Source: Xiashengella succiniciproducens
Lineage (GTDB): Bacteria; Bacteroidota; Bacteroidia; Bacteroidales; Marinilabiliaceae
Assembly: GCF_023674465.1 (NCBI RefSeq)
Contig: NZ_CP098400.1
Coordinates: forward strand, 1,414,801-1,454,800
Direction: 5' to 3'
Length of the DNA: 40,000 bases
The position numbers were made by a program, and so were the translations under genes. This document shows, piece by piece, positions 1 to 8,806 of this stretch. The notes below the pieces were generated by a model. That model made no database searches and was not told where the DNA came from. It worked only from the letters and a program-made list of their open reading frames with translations. Every line of letters starts with the position of its first letter. The stretch's first letter is position 1.

Positions 1-10
1 TTGACTAATT

Positions 11-376
11 ATGCCAGCAGGACAAGCACATACTACTTGGTTTCCAGAATTAAAGGATATTCTTAAGAATAAGTGGAATTCAAATTATTCCATTGAACAG
101 CATTTTAGTTTAGTTACCGATTTGAATGAGAAATTACGCCAGATTCGGAAAGAATTGAACATTCAACCCCCTATGATGTGGTGTCCGAATTGCCAAAAAC
201 GACATCGCTCAAGATTTAATGATGTTTCAATAACAGGAATGTATTATGCCCTTAAAAGATTTGAATATTGTGATACTGATGAATTTAATAAGTTGTTAAG
301 AGATTGGAAACAATATTCAAAATCAGAAAATGTTGATATATATGGCAATAAAAAGACTGATAAAAGGGAATTGTAA
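11..376 (+). CDS. Hypothetical protein with a CPNC motif; second gene of a two-gene cassette (copy A, cassette cut by the window edge)
   Basis: 121-aa ORF, identical to the ORF at 19793-20158. It is followed 25 bp later by an attC. No family recognised. Confidence 0.55.
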   Translation: MPAGQAHTTWFPELKDILKNKWNSNYSIEQHFSLVTDLNEKLRQIRKELNIQPPMMWCPNCQKRHRSRFNDVSITGMYYALKRFEYCDTDEFNKLLRDWKQYSKSENVDIYGNKKTDKREL

Positions 377-400
377 AATGGAGATTAAAATAAAGTACGT

Positions 401-534
401 CGGCACAACACGCGTTATAGTGCATGGCTAAATCTCATATTTACTGCAAGTTTCATTCACCGTAGAGTATTCTTAACGGCCAGAAAATACATGCCAAGAC
501 GATTAGCCACGCACCATATCGCCACACGTTAACG
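401..534 (+). repeat. Integron attC site 1
   Basis: R'' CGGCACAAC lies at 401-409. The arms ACGCGTTATAGTGCATGGCTAA and TTAGCCACGCACCATATCGCCACACG pair imperfectly. R' GTTAACG lies at 528-534. Same sequence as attC13 up to the GTT. Confidence 0.8.
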
Positions 535-576
535 GCAAGGTTAAGACTGAAGACTACAAACCTAAATTATTATAAC

Positions 577-1230
577 ATGAGAAGAATTATCTTGATTTTG
601 ATTTTATTTTTACCATTAACAGCCTATTCCCAGTCTGATAGCACAACTATTTATTACAAATGGATTGAAAATAATGACATTCGAAATATTTGTGATATAG
701 CAAATATCCAAATTCAAAAGGTGTTTTGTAAAGACAACTCATTACAAGGGAAAGTATTCAATCTGATTATCAAGGAATTTAAGAAGGGTCGTATCATATC
801 AAGTGAGGATTTAGATATTTCAGCTAGGATAGAAGAGATTCCTATGGTAGTTAATGGAGACACTATGATTTATGTGATAGACTATACTGACAAAACAGGG
901 TTTGGAAAGGCGACTGATTCTTTGACTATTAGTTTTACTGGCATGTTGATTAAAAATAACTTCAAATTGAAAATAAGTTTCCCCGGAATGAGTATTAACA
1001 AAGAATTGAAAGGAAAAAGTCATTATTCTTTAAGAATGGCAAACTCCTGCTCTGATACAAAGATAAGGGTACCTATTAATTCTGAATATCCTATTTTAGC
1101 TTACACTCCCCCATTTGACACAGGTTCTGAACTTAAATCATACTGTATGCTTGGAGAAGAAAATGTACTTGATTGGTATGATAAATTTAATGTAAAACAT
1201 TATTATATAATTTACCTTGAGATTAAATAA
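577..1230 (+). CDS. Hypothetical secreted protein (N-terminal signal peptide)
   Basis: 217-aa ORF with a hydrophobic N-terminus (MRRIILILILFLPLTAYSQ). It is the only ORF in the cassette between attC1 and attC2. Confidence 0.6.
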   Translation: MRRIILILILFLPLTAYSQSDSTTIYYKWIENNDIRNICDIANIQIQKVFCKDNSLQGKVFNLIIKEFKKGRIISSEDLDISARIEEIPMVVNGDTMIYVIDYTDKTGFGKATDSLTISFTGMLIKNNFKLKISFPGMSINKELKGKSHYSLRMANSCSDTKIRVPINSEYPILAYTPPFDTGSELKSYCMLGEENVLDWYDKFNVKHYYIIYLEIK

Positions 1231-1237
1231 AACCCAG

Positions 1238-1368
1238 CCGTTAACACGCGGTATAAAAAATTGCCGGGACAGTAGGTTTATCAAGGGTTGTAGCCCGCTC
1301 GAACTTTTGTGTAATTTGATAGGAGATTCGCCCGCAACCGGCAACATTTCATACCGCCACCGTTATGC
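1238..1368 (+). repeat. Integron attC site 2
   Basis: R'' CCGTTAAC (1238-1245) is the reverse complement of GTTAACGG at 528-535, the start of its own cassette. The arms ACGCGGTATAAAAAATTGCCGG and CCGGCAACATTTCATACCGCCACCG pair. R' GTTATGC lies at 1362-1368. Confidence 0.85.
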
Positions 1369-1410
1369 CCAATTTAAGAACCAAACCCTTAATCAATAAC
1401 TTTTGAAATA

Positions 1411-2928
1411 ATGAAAACTAATCTTGAAAAACTCGTATTTATTCTATTAACATTTTCTATTTTGATTTCTTGTCGTTCAGAAGTTGAATTAAAGCCCGTT
1501 CAAATGACTTCTAAACCGGTTTTTATTACCGGAAAAGTTCTAAATCAAACATCTGAATATAATACCGTAACAGTTTATGTCAATGAATTACTTTCTGGGG
1601 AACAATTGTCTTATGTGAGTTTAGTCGATAGTTTTGGCAATTTTCAAATTAAATTCAAGTTGTATTATCCACAAGACATTTTAGTTAGATATGGAGATAA
1701 CGCCTTTCCTATCATAATTCACCCCACAGATAGTATCCATATTGTATTTGATGCAAATATGATATCTGACAAAAACGAACTGGCAAAAAGCATTCAGTTT
1801 GCAGGAAGCAGGTCTGACAACGAAAGTTTGATTGCTTTTTATGCTTTAATTTCAGAAATATTTATCCCTTGGGAACAATATTGTCAATATGAGAAGGAGT
1901 ATAATTCAGATAAATTTACAGCCTTGCTTGATAGCCTTAGGAGTTTAAAAAAAGAAGCTGCCAATGAATTTATTAGGCAAGGTGTCTCCAAAGAACTAGA
2001 AAACTGGATTAAAAAGGAAGTTGACTTTGATTATTACAATTGGCTTGCCCTTTATCCATATGACCATGCTGGTTTTAATAAATTAGATGAATACACTATT
2101 GTACCGTCATCTTTTTATGATTTTATGAATATTGAACTTTCTCTTAGTGACCTGAGCAACTCAAAATCAATTATTTTTATAGGTCGTTATCAAAGAAGAA
2201 TTTCATCATTAATGATTGATGATGGAAAGTTGTTTAAACCTGATGGAAGGTGGACATACAAAGGAAATGCAAACGATGCAATAATCAAAATAATTTTAAA
2301 ATACACGAGTGATTCCTTGTTAAGAGAAATGCTGATTGCGAGGCAGCTTTATTATACGCTTGATAGGCGCGAAATAAAAGATTTTGAAAAACACTATGCT
2401 TTGTTTGAAAAAACAGTAACTCAGCCTTTTTTGAGAGAACCTCTTATTAACAAGTATATAGAGACAAAAAAACATTTTGAGAATGCGCAACCAAGAGAAA
2501 ATACATTATTGAAATTGACAAAAAATACACCCGCAAACGAACTTATTACCAAAATTCTGGATGACCATAAAGGGAAAATAATATACTTAGATATTTGGGC
2601 AACATGGTGCAGTCCTTGTCGAAGAGAAATGCCTTTTTCTAAACAGCTAATGCAAACGTTGAACAATGACAAGGTTGCTTTTGTGTATCTGTGTATTGAC
2701 TCCGAAGAAGATAAATGGAAAGCAATCATTAGTGAACTAAATATTTCAGGTAGTCACTATTTGGCGACTCCAGACCAAAGTAGGTTTCTTTACCAACTGT
2801 TTGAAATGAACGGAGTACCCCAGTTCGTATTATTAGACACTAAAGGCAATGTGATAGAAAAAGGAATTCACCTGCGACCAAGTGAAAGTTTAATAAAAAC
2901 AAAAATTGACAAACTATTAATGGAATAA
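1411..2928 (+). CDS. TlpA/ResA-like thiol-disulfide oxidoreductase lipoprotein (N-terminal domain of unknown function plus C-terminal thioredoxin fold)
   Basis: 505-aa ORF with a signal peptide and lipobox-like ILISC. The C-terminal region carries the WCSPC active-site motif (IYLDIWATWCSPCRREMP). Confidence 0.8.
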   Translation: MKTNLEKLVFILLTFSILISCRSEVELKPVQMTSKPVFITGKVLNQTSEYNTVTVYVNELLSGEQLSYVSLVDSFGNFQIKFKLYYPQDILVRYGDNAFPIIIHPTDSIHIVFDANMISDKNELAKSIQFAGSRSDNESLIAFYALISEIFIPWEQYCQYEKEYNSDKFTALLDSLRSLKKEAANEFIRQGVSKELENWIKKEVDFDYYNWLALYPYDHAGFNKLDEYTIVPSSFYDFMNIELSLSDLSNSKSIIFIGRYQRRISSLMIDDGKLFKPDGRWTYKGNANDAIIKIILKYTSDSLLREMLIARQLYYTLDRREIKDFEKHYALFEKTVTQPFLREPLINKYIETKKHFENAQPRENTLLKLTKNTPANELITKILDDHKGKIIYLDIWATWCSPCRREMPFSKQLMQTLNNDKVAFVYLCIDSEEDKWKAIISELNISGSHYLATPDQSRFLYQLFEMNGVPQFVLLDTKGNVIEKGIHLRPSESLIKTKIDKLLME

Positions 2929-2932
2929 AACT

Positions 2933-3065
2933 GGGCATAACACGCAATATAACCAATGTCGGGCGCAGTGGCAGCTTGAAAGCGTCTGCTCCGCTCAAAG
3001 TTTTGTAACGGTTGACAGGGATGTCGCCCGCAATCCGCCACTGGTTATATTGCAAACCGTTACCG
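2933..3065 (+). repeat. Integron attC site 3
   Basis: R'' GGGCATAAC (2933-2941) is the reverse complement of GTTATGCCC at 1362-1370. R' GTTACCG lies at 3059-3065. Nearly identical to attC16. Confidence 0.85.
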
Positions 3066-3108
3066 CCAAGTTGATAAACAGCAAATCGCTTATTGACAGA
3101 ATATTAAA

Positions 3109-3582
3109 ATGAATCACATGCTATTCTCTATCAATCTTTTGACCAAGGAAAAATCAAAATACAGAATAATCTTTGGAATTCTTGCAATAGTTTTTTCGAT
3201 ATCATGGATTTTTATAAACCTTGGCGAAAACGATGAGATAAAAATATTTGACTGGTTTTATTTTGCAATATTTCTCACGCTTGGAATTGGTCATGTAATT
3301 GAAGGAGCAGGAATATCTTTAGTGGAAATATTTGGTGCAAAAGCATATATTCAGGTTGATGCCGAAAAAATTCGTATTAAAATAAATCCTTTTGTGAAAG
3401 AAAAGACTGTCGCGTGGAATGAAATATTGGAACTAGAATACAAATCTGCCCGATACAAAATAACTAAAGTTGACAACAGTAATATAATTCTGGACTTACC
3501 AACGGAAAATTACAGACAGGTTCAGGGAATTAAGGAGATAATAAAATCGTTTGCAACAGAAAAAGGAATTCATATTCAATAA
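3109..3582 (+). CDS. Hypothetical membrane protein (two N-terminal TM helices plus a small soluble domain)
   Basis: 157-aa ORF with hydrophobic segments IIFGILAIVFSISWIFI and FYFAIFLTLGIGHVI. It shares one cassette with the next ORF; no attC lies between them. Confidence 0.55.
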   Translation: MNHMLFSINLLTKEKSKYRIIFGILAIVFSISWIFINLGENDEIKIFDWFYFAIFLTLGIGHVIEGAGISLVEIFGAKAYIQVDAEKIRIKINPFVKEKTVAWNEILELEYKSARYKITKVDNSNIILDLPTENYRQVQGIKEIIKSFATEKGIHIQ

Positions 3583-3611
3583 ATGTATTTCGAATATTTT
3601 AACCCACAAGT

Positions 3612-4064
3612 ATGAAAGAGGCATATATCCAACTATATGATAGAAATGAAAATTCAATAAAATTCTTTAGGGCATTGTCAGTATTACTTTTTGCAATTGG
3701 GACAATAGGTCTGATTTTTAAGTTTTCAAGGTGGCATATGCAACTATTTGAACTTAGCTTATGGCACAATTTGTTTCTAATGATTCAAGGAATTGCAATG
3801 TATTTCCTTTCGAACAGCAACTTAAAGTTCAAAAGATATTTCATCTCGTGGAATAACTATGAGATATCATATCACTTCCCAAAAAACAAACATCCAGAAA
3901 AATTCAGAATAGATGAAATCAAAGCTCTGAAAATTATTGATAATGAGATAAATATCTTATTAAAAACGGATGAAACAAAGACAATCAACTTGAATTATAC
4001 ATTTTTACCAAAACGCAGTCTTATAAGAGAGTATTTTGAATCTCTTGAAATGAACCTTGCTTGA
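3612..4064 (+). CDS. Hypothetical membrane protein with the same architecture as the preceding ORF
   Basis: 150-aa ORF with two N-terminal hydrophobic helices followed by a soluble domain. It starts 29 bp after the previous ORF. Confidence 0.55.
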   Translation: MKEAYIQLYDRNENSIKFFRALSVLLFAIGTIGLIFKFSRWHMQLFELSLWHNLFLMIQGIAMYFLSNSNLKFKRYFISWNNYEISYHFPKNKHPEKFRIDEIKALKIIDNEINILLKTDETKTINLNYTFLPKRSLIREYFESLEMNLA

Positions 4065-4135
4065 ATCTGGTTATAAAAGTAGACCCTATAAAACAATTAC
4101 CTAACACTTTAGATTTTGGAAAAAAATACCAACCA

Positions 4136-4270
4136 GGCGGCAACATCATGTATAAAATATTTGGGGGTTTAGTGGTTACTTGAAGCATTCTGCCCCGTAT
4201 TAGCTTTTGTAACGGCAGACAGTTGCGAAGCCCGCAAACCCCAAACATTTCATACATGTGCTCGTTGTGC
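4136..4270 (+). repeat. Integron attC site 4
   Basis: R'' GGCGGCAAC (4136-4144) matches the reverse complement of GTTACCGCC at 3059-3067 with one mismatch. R' GTTGTGC lies at 4264-4270. It belongs to the CAACATCATGTATAAAA... attC family together with attC11, 14, 15 and 22. Confidence 0.85.
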
Positions 4271-4291
4271 GTCATACAGAGAAAACCACAA

Positions 4292-4786
4292 ATGGAAAGA
4301 TTTGAGCTAAACAAATATGCTGTTGATGGAAGTCCTCTTATTATGATTTTCACTGAAGGTACTATCTTTGGGCCAAAACGTTTTATTGACTTTTTTAATG
4401 TGAAAAAATACGTGCCAATCAAAAATTGCATTGATAAGATTAAAAAATGGAATAGACAAGGAGCTCAAATCATTTACCTTACTTCGAGAAAAAGTGAAAC
4501 TTCAGCACAAACCATAAAAGATTTATTGATAAGATATAAATTTGTTGGTGCTTATTTATATTATAGGACTGGTTCAGATAAGTATAAAGATATTGTAGAA
4601 TCGCTCAAGCCAGATATATTAATTGAGGACAATTGCAGGAGTATAGGTGGTGCTTGGCAGATGTCAATAACATATGTAGACAAGAATATTAAAGAAAATA
4701 TTAAATCCATAATTATCAAAGAATTTAAGGGTATTGATTATTTACCTGATAATTTGATTGATTTGATGAAATATGAAATAAAATAA
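4292..4786 (+). CDS. Hypothetical protein, possibly a HAD-like hydrolase (copy 1 of a duplicated cassette)
   Basis: The ORF is taken from the ATG at 4292 (MERFELNKY...), because the upstream part of the 4223 ORF lies inside attC4. The product is identical to 37575-38069. The HAD-like call is only an impression from the IIYLTSR and ILIEDN segments. Confidence 0.55.
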   Translation: MERFELNKYAVDGSPLIMIFTEGTIFGPKRFIDFFNVKKYVPIKNCIDKIKKWNRQGAQIIYLTSRKSETSAQTIKDLLIRYKFVGAYLYYRTGSDKYKDIVESLKPDILIEDNCRSIGGAWQMSITYVDKNIKENIKSIIIKEFKGIDYLPDNLIDLMKYEIK

Positions 4787-4793
4787 TGTACGA

Positions 4794-4927
4794 ACGCACA
4801 ACAAATGGTATAGTGCATGCGGGTTTCAGCGGTTTGCGAGGGTTTGTGGCTCGTAAAAAAAGTCGGAGTAAACTGATAGGAAATTGCCTCGTAATCCCGC
4901 ACGACACCATACCATCAACCGTTATGC
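4794..4927 (+). repeat. Integron attC site 5
   Basis: R'' ACGCACAAC (4794-4802) is the reverse complement of GTTGTGCGT at 4264-4272. R' GTTATGC lies at 4921-4927. Confidence 0.85.
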
Positions 4928-4948
4928 TGCATTTTAAAAACAACACAT

Positions 4949-6115
4949 ATGACAATTATCGATGAAATTTTAAAAGAACGACCTGTAGGGACTGACTCAA
5001 ATGAAAAAGTTTGCGATTTTTTACTCAGTAAAGCAATTCAAGCTGGATATAAAACGATTACTTTACAATTTGACTGTAAACGTTGGACTAAAGATTTTTC
5101 ATATATTGATTTGGATGGCAATCAATACGAACTATTCCCCAGCCCTTTTTCTCAGCCCTTTGAAAAAACTGGTGATTTAGAGATAGTCTCAACACTGGAA
5201 GAATTACAAAATAAAAATATCACAGATAAAATTGTATTACTTAATGGTGATTTAACCCAGCAACCGTTGCAACCCAAGAACTTTCCATTCTACTATCCCG
5301 ATGAGCATAAAACAATAATTGATTTATTGGAAGATAAGCAACCTAAAGCAATTATTGCTATTACAGGCAAGCATCCAATGTGCGGACTAAATCCATTCCC
5401 ATTGTTCGAGGACGGGAACTTTTTAATTCCATCAGCATTTGCAAATAAAACAACAGGTGAGAAAATCACTGGAAGAAAAGGATTAACCAAATTGAAAATA
5501 GCTTCTAAAACGGAAAATTCTGTTGGTCGACAGATTATTGCTTCCAAAAAAAGTAATGGGAAAGGTAAAATTGTTGTTTGTGCACACATGGACTCTAAAT
5601 ATGGAACAATAGGTGCAATAGATAATGCTGCTGGAATTGAAGTTTTATTTCAGATATTAGACAATTTAAAGGATTATAATGGGGCATATGATATAGATTT
5701 TGTTCCATTCAATGGTGAAGAATATTATGGGGTTATTGGGCAATTAGAATATTTAAAGCATAACGGGAACGAGAAGTCTGAAATAAAACTTGTCATAAAT
5801 ATTGATTCGCCTGGACATGTAGCATCTAAAACTGCATTGTCAACTTATAATTTTATTGATTGTAAGCAAACTTGGTTAGATACAAAGATTTCTAAAAATG
5901 ATTACATTGAAGAAGGTTCACAATGGTATGCTGGTGACCATGCAATGTTTGCATTTCAAGGAGTTCCTTGTATTGCAGTAACTTCATCAAATTTATTTGA
6001 AACAGTATTGGACTTGACACATACATCCAATGATACAATTGGTAATGTTGATTTTGATATTTTGAAAAAAACATCAGATTTTTTGACGGAATTGATTAAA
6101 GATTATAACGATTAA
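4949..6115 (+). CDS. M28-family zinc aminopeptidase-like protein
   Basis: 388-aa ORF with the M28 metal-ligand pattern: VCAHMDS, AIDNAAG, FNGEEYYG, INIDSPGH. Confidence 0.75.
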   Translation: MTIIDEILKERPVGTDSNEKVCDFLLSKAIQAGYKTITLQFDCKRWTKDFSYIDLDGNQYELFPSPFSQPFEKTGDLEIVSTLEELQNKNITDKIVLLNGDLTQQPLQPKNFPFYYPDEHKTIIDLLEDKQPKAIIAITGKHPMCGLNPFPLFEDGNFLIPSAFANKTTGEKITGRKGLTKLKIASKTENSVGRQIIASKKSNGKGKIVVCAHMDSKYGTIGAIDNAAGIEVLFQILDNLKDYNGAYDIDFVPFNGEEYYGVIGQLEYLKHNGNEKSEIKLVINIDSPGHVASKTALSTYNFIDCKQTWLDTKISKNDYIEEGSQWYAGDHAMFAFQGVPCIAVTSSNLFETVLDLTHTSNDTIGNVDFDILKKTSDFLTELIKDYND

Positions 6116-6125
6116 AATAAAAAAC

Positions 6126-6258
6126 GCAGCATAACATCGCATATACCTAATGGCGGTTTTATTGCACTTTGCAAGGCTTTTCGCCCGCTCAAACTTCACC
6201 ACGGTTTGACAGTTGAATCGTCCGCAATCCGCCACTAGGCATATGCGTAACGTTACCG
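6126..6258 (+). repeat. Integron attC site 6
   Basis: R'' GCAGCATAAC (6126-6135) is the reverse complement of GTTATGCTGC at 4921-4930. The arms ATCGCATATACCTAATGGCGG and CCGCCACTAGGCATATGCGTAAC pair. R' GTTACCG lies at 6252-6258. Confidence 0.85.
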
Positions 6259-6337
6259 CCAAGTGTAAAAAGACCATCGACAGAATCAAAATAGAAAGTA
6301 AACCATTGTGATAGAACAAAAAAATAATAATTGAATT

Positions 6338-7012
6338 ATGATAAACTCACAAAGTACCTTTAATAAATCGTTTAACTCCATATTCTGGTTGTTTGGAATT
6401 GTTTCATTCATTGGAATTGCTGGCTATGGATTATCCTACATTCTGAAAATGCCAGAGATTAGTCCTAATGAATTTGTCCCTAAAACTATAGATACAGCTT
6501 CATTTAATAGATTTGGATTTGGTAATCTATTAGCTGTTTTCATTTTATTGTACGCCTTTGCTTTTTTGCCTATAGTTATACAGTTTAGTATAATAAAATA
6601 CAAAACAAATCCATATGCGATTATAATTTCTTGCTGTTTTCTTGCTGTTTCGTTAATCCTTGAAATTGTAAATAACCTACCATTAATCTCATCAGTACTT
6701 TTGCCTGTAAACATAGATAGCATTCCAGTTGAAACTTTGCTTTATATAAGACAATTAGAAACAATAAAGTATTTAGCTTTTGATGTGGCGGGTTTTTCAT
6801 TGGCATACACAGGTTTCCTTATTTACGCCATAATCTTTTATAAAACAAATCGACTCTTATCCTATACAATAATCGCGAGTATCTTATTATTCATAGCCAA
6901 TGTGCCATTTCTTTTGATTGAGCCATCGATGGCAATTATATTAATGGCAATTTCAATTTTTGCATTTGCCCTTGTTCCAATTTTTATGGTAAAAATGTGC
7001 TCAAAACAATAA
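6338..7012 (+). CDS. Polytopic integral membrane protein, function unknown
   Basis: 224-aa ORF that is almost entirely hydrophobic helices. Single ORF in its cassette. Confidence 0.6.
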   Translation: MINSQSTFNKSFNSIFWLFGIVSFIGIAGYGLSYILKMPEISPNEFVPKTIDTASFNRFGFGNLLAVFILLYAFAFLPIVIQFSIIKYKTNPYAIIISCCFLAVSLILEIVNNLPLISSVLLPVNIDSIPVETLLYIRQLETIKYLAFDVAGFSLAYTGFLIYAIIFYKTNRLLSYTIIASILLFIANVPFLLIEPSMAIILMAISIFAFALVPIFMVKMCSKQ

Positions 7013-7105
7013 TACGACATTTGCAAAAAAAATAGAAGTAAGAAATATTAAATAATCACCGTTGTAGAAAATTGAAATAAAAATGACTGAAAACAATGAA
7101 CACCA

Positions 7106-7237
7106 GGCGGTAACACGCGGTATAGTTAATTGCCGGTGTAGTGCGTATTCGAGCGGCACAGCTCGTATCAAAAGTAGTTGTAACTTGATAGGAAAGTGCT
7201 TCGAAATCGGCAACTAACCATACCGCCAACGTTAGCG
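7106..7237 (+). repeat. Integron attC site 7
   Basis: R'' GGCGGTAAC (7106-7114) is the reverse complement of GTTACCGCC at 6252-6260. The arms ACGCGGTATAGTTAATTGCCG and CGGCAACTAACCATACCGCCAAC pair. R' GTTAGCG lies at 7231-7237. Confidence 0.85.
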
Positions 7238-7269
7238 GCAATGGGCGCACTGCATATAACCAGGAACAT

Positions 7270-8433
7270 ATGAGAAAATATTTATACATAGCATTTTCGA
7301 TTTTGATAAACTGTTCAGTGTTTGGACAAGTTGATTCCCAAACAGATTCAGTATCATTTGATAAGATAACTTGTCGTTTTAAAGAAACTAAAGGTTGGAA
7401 CATTTTTTCAGGAGAACTTAAAGACTCGATTGATACAACATTTTTATATCAGACAAAAGACTTTAATGTTTCGATTAGTGAAAATCCGATTGCATTTAAA
7501 ACTTTTCATTCAGTAATTAAAAATCCATATTTTACAGATGATTTCGGCGATTATGATAACAATTATGTTAATTACCCAGTTTCATATTCTGTAATATATG
7601 ATAACAGATTACTGTCATTATTCCGTAATGGAAAATTTGTTTGTCATAGATTATCCAACTTTGAAAGAGACTTGGATTTTGAGACAAAACTAAATACTCG
7701 TAAATTCAAATATCACTGGATTATAAATGATAAGCTAGGAGCAATATCTGGAAATTCAATTTTCATCTGGAATGGTACTGATTGGATTAGTAATAAAACA
7801 GACTTTCCACTGAAGAGTCAGCCAAAACTATTTGAGGATAGTGATTTTGTTGTGTTTGGTGATTGCCATGGAGAATGGGGAGGAACTGTTTACTTCTTTG
7901 ATAAAAATAACGGAGAAACTTATTTTACTGAATCTACTTGTGCTAATTCTGTTCTAAAAAAAGGAGATAGTTATTTAGTTCTAGCACATTTAGGGCATAT
8001 GACTGGTTCTACAGAGATAAAGGAGGTAAAAGACCCTCGTAAATTAACTCAAGCAAAACAAGCGGAGATTAATAAGACAAAGAATGGACAAGCCTTAGGA
8101 TATACAGATTCATCAAAGGCGTATGAAACAATACTCGATTATTGGGGAATTCAATTATTTTCTACTTTCAGTTACAAGGATAGACAATTATATATGGTTC
8201 ATTTAAATGAAATGACTTTTCTTGCAGAGATTGTTGGAAATGACATTCAGATTGTAAATCCTCTTTTTGATAATGAGATTTATACTCATGACCCAGTGAC
8301 AAATAAGTATGAAAACTACACTTTAATGAATTTAGACCATTATGGTACAGCAAGAGATAAAGAAATATCAGTTATTATAATTGATGGTGAAAGATTAATA
8401 AAACTAGATTGGAATGAGAACCACAGCCGCTAA
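7270..8433 (+). CDS. Hypothetical secreted protein
   Basis: 387-aa ORF with a signal-peptide-like N-terminus (MRKYLYIAFSILINCSVFGQ). Its TAA stop (8431-8433) lies inside the R'' box of attC8. Confidence 0.6.
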   Translation: MRKYLYIAFSILINCSVFGQVDSQTDSVSFDKITCRFKETKGWNIFSGELKDSIDTTFLYQTKDFNVSISENPIAFKTFHSVIKNPYFTDDFGDYDNNYVNYPVSYSVIYDNRLLSLFRNGKFVCHRLSNFERDLDFETKLNTRKFKYHWIINDKLGAISGNSIFIWNGTDWISNKTDFPLKSQPKLFEDSDFVVFGDCHGEWGGTVYFFDKNNGETYFTESTCANSVLKKGDSYLVLAHLGHMTGSTEIKEVKDPRKLTQAKQAEINKTKNGQALGYTDSSKAYETILDYWGIQLFSTFSYKDRQLYMVHLNEMTFLAEIVGNDIQIVNPLFDNEIYTHDPVTNKYENYTLMNLDHYGTARDKEISVIIIDGERLIKLDWNENHSR

Positions 8434-8558
8434 CACACAATATAGCAAATTGGGGCTGAGTAGGTTACGTCAACTTTTTGTTTACAAATCGGCTTCATCA
8501 ACGGTGGATAAAGACGCGTTCCAAAATCCCCAACTTGCCATATTGTAAAACGTTAGCC
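8426..8558 (+). repeat. Integron attC site 8
   Basis: R'' GCCGCTAAC (8426-8434) is the reverse complement of GTTAGCGGC at 7231-7239. R' GTTAGCC lies at 8552-8558. Confidence 0.85.
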
Positions 8559-8574
8559 GCAATTCCCCCTATTC

Positions 8575-8806
8575 CAAAGACATTGACTACTTAAGCTAAC
8601 GGGGTAAAATTTCGATAGAACTGTGTATTTTTGAAGCCTCTATGCAAGGCCGATTTTTAAAATGTTACTTTTAAGTACGAGCGCAATTCTGGTTGAGATG
8701 TTTGCGATGACTACAGTGGCGGTCCTATTTTTTTGGGAACCCCGTTCAGAATATTTACTCTGCCTAAAGCACATCTCCATAGAGACCACACCTAAAAAAA
8801 AGTTTT
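8575..8806 (+). ncRNA. Candidate IS110 bridge (guide) RNA region in the 5' non-coding leader
   Basis: A long non-coding stretch lies directly upstream of the IS110-type recombinase gene, where IS110-group elements are known to encode their bridge RNA. I did not fold it, so the extent is approximate. Confidence 0.3.

Noticed and set aside
2840-3055. Minus-strand ORF (71 aa) whose N-terminus MQYNQWRIAGDIPVNRYKTLSGADAFK recurs in the ORF at 27059-27295, which looks like a conserved protein.
   Set aside because: Both lie on attC3 and attC16, which are near-identical recombination sites. The conservation is that of the attC DNA, and the ORFs run antisense across cassette boundaries.
4021-4431. 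Minus-strand ORF (136 aa), repeated at 37487-37714 (MQFLIGTYFFTLKKSIKRFGPK...).
   Set aside because: It is antisense to the duplicated HAD-like cassette and runs through its upstream attC. The repeat simply reflects the cassette duplication, and the + strand ORF is longer and ends properly before the attC.
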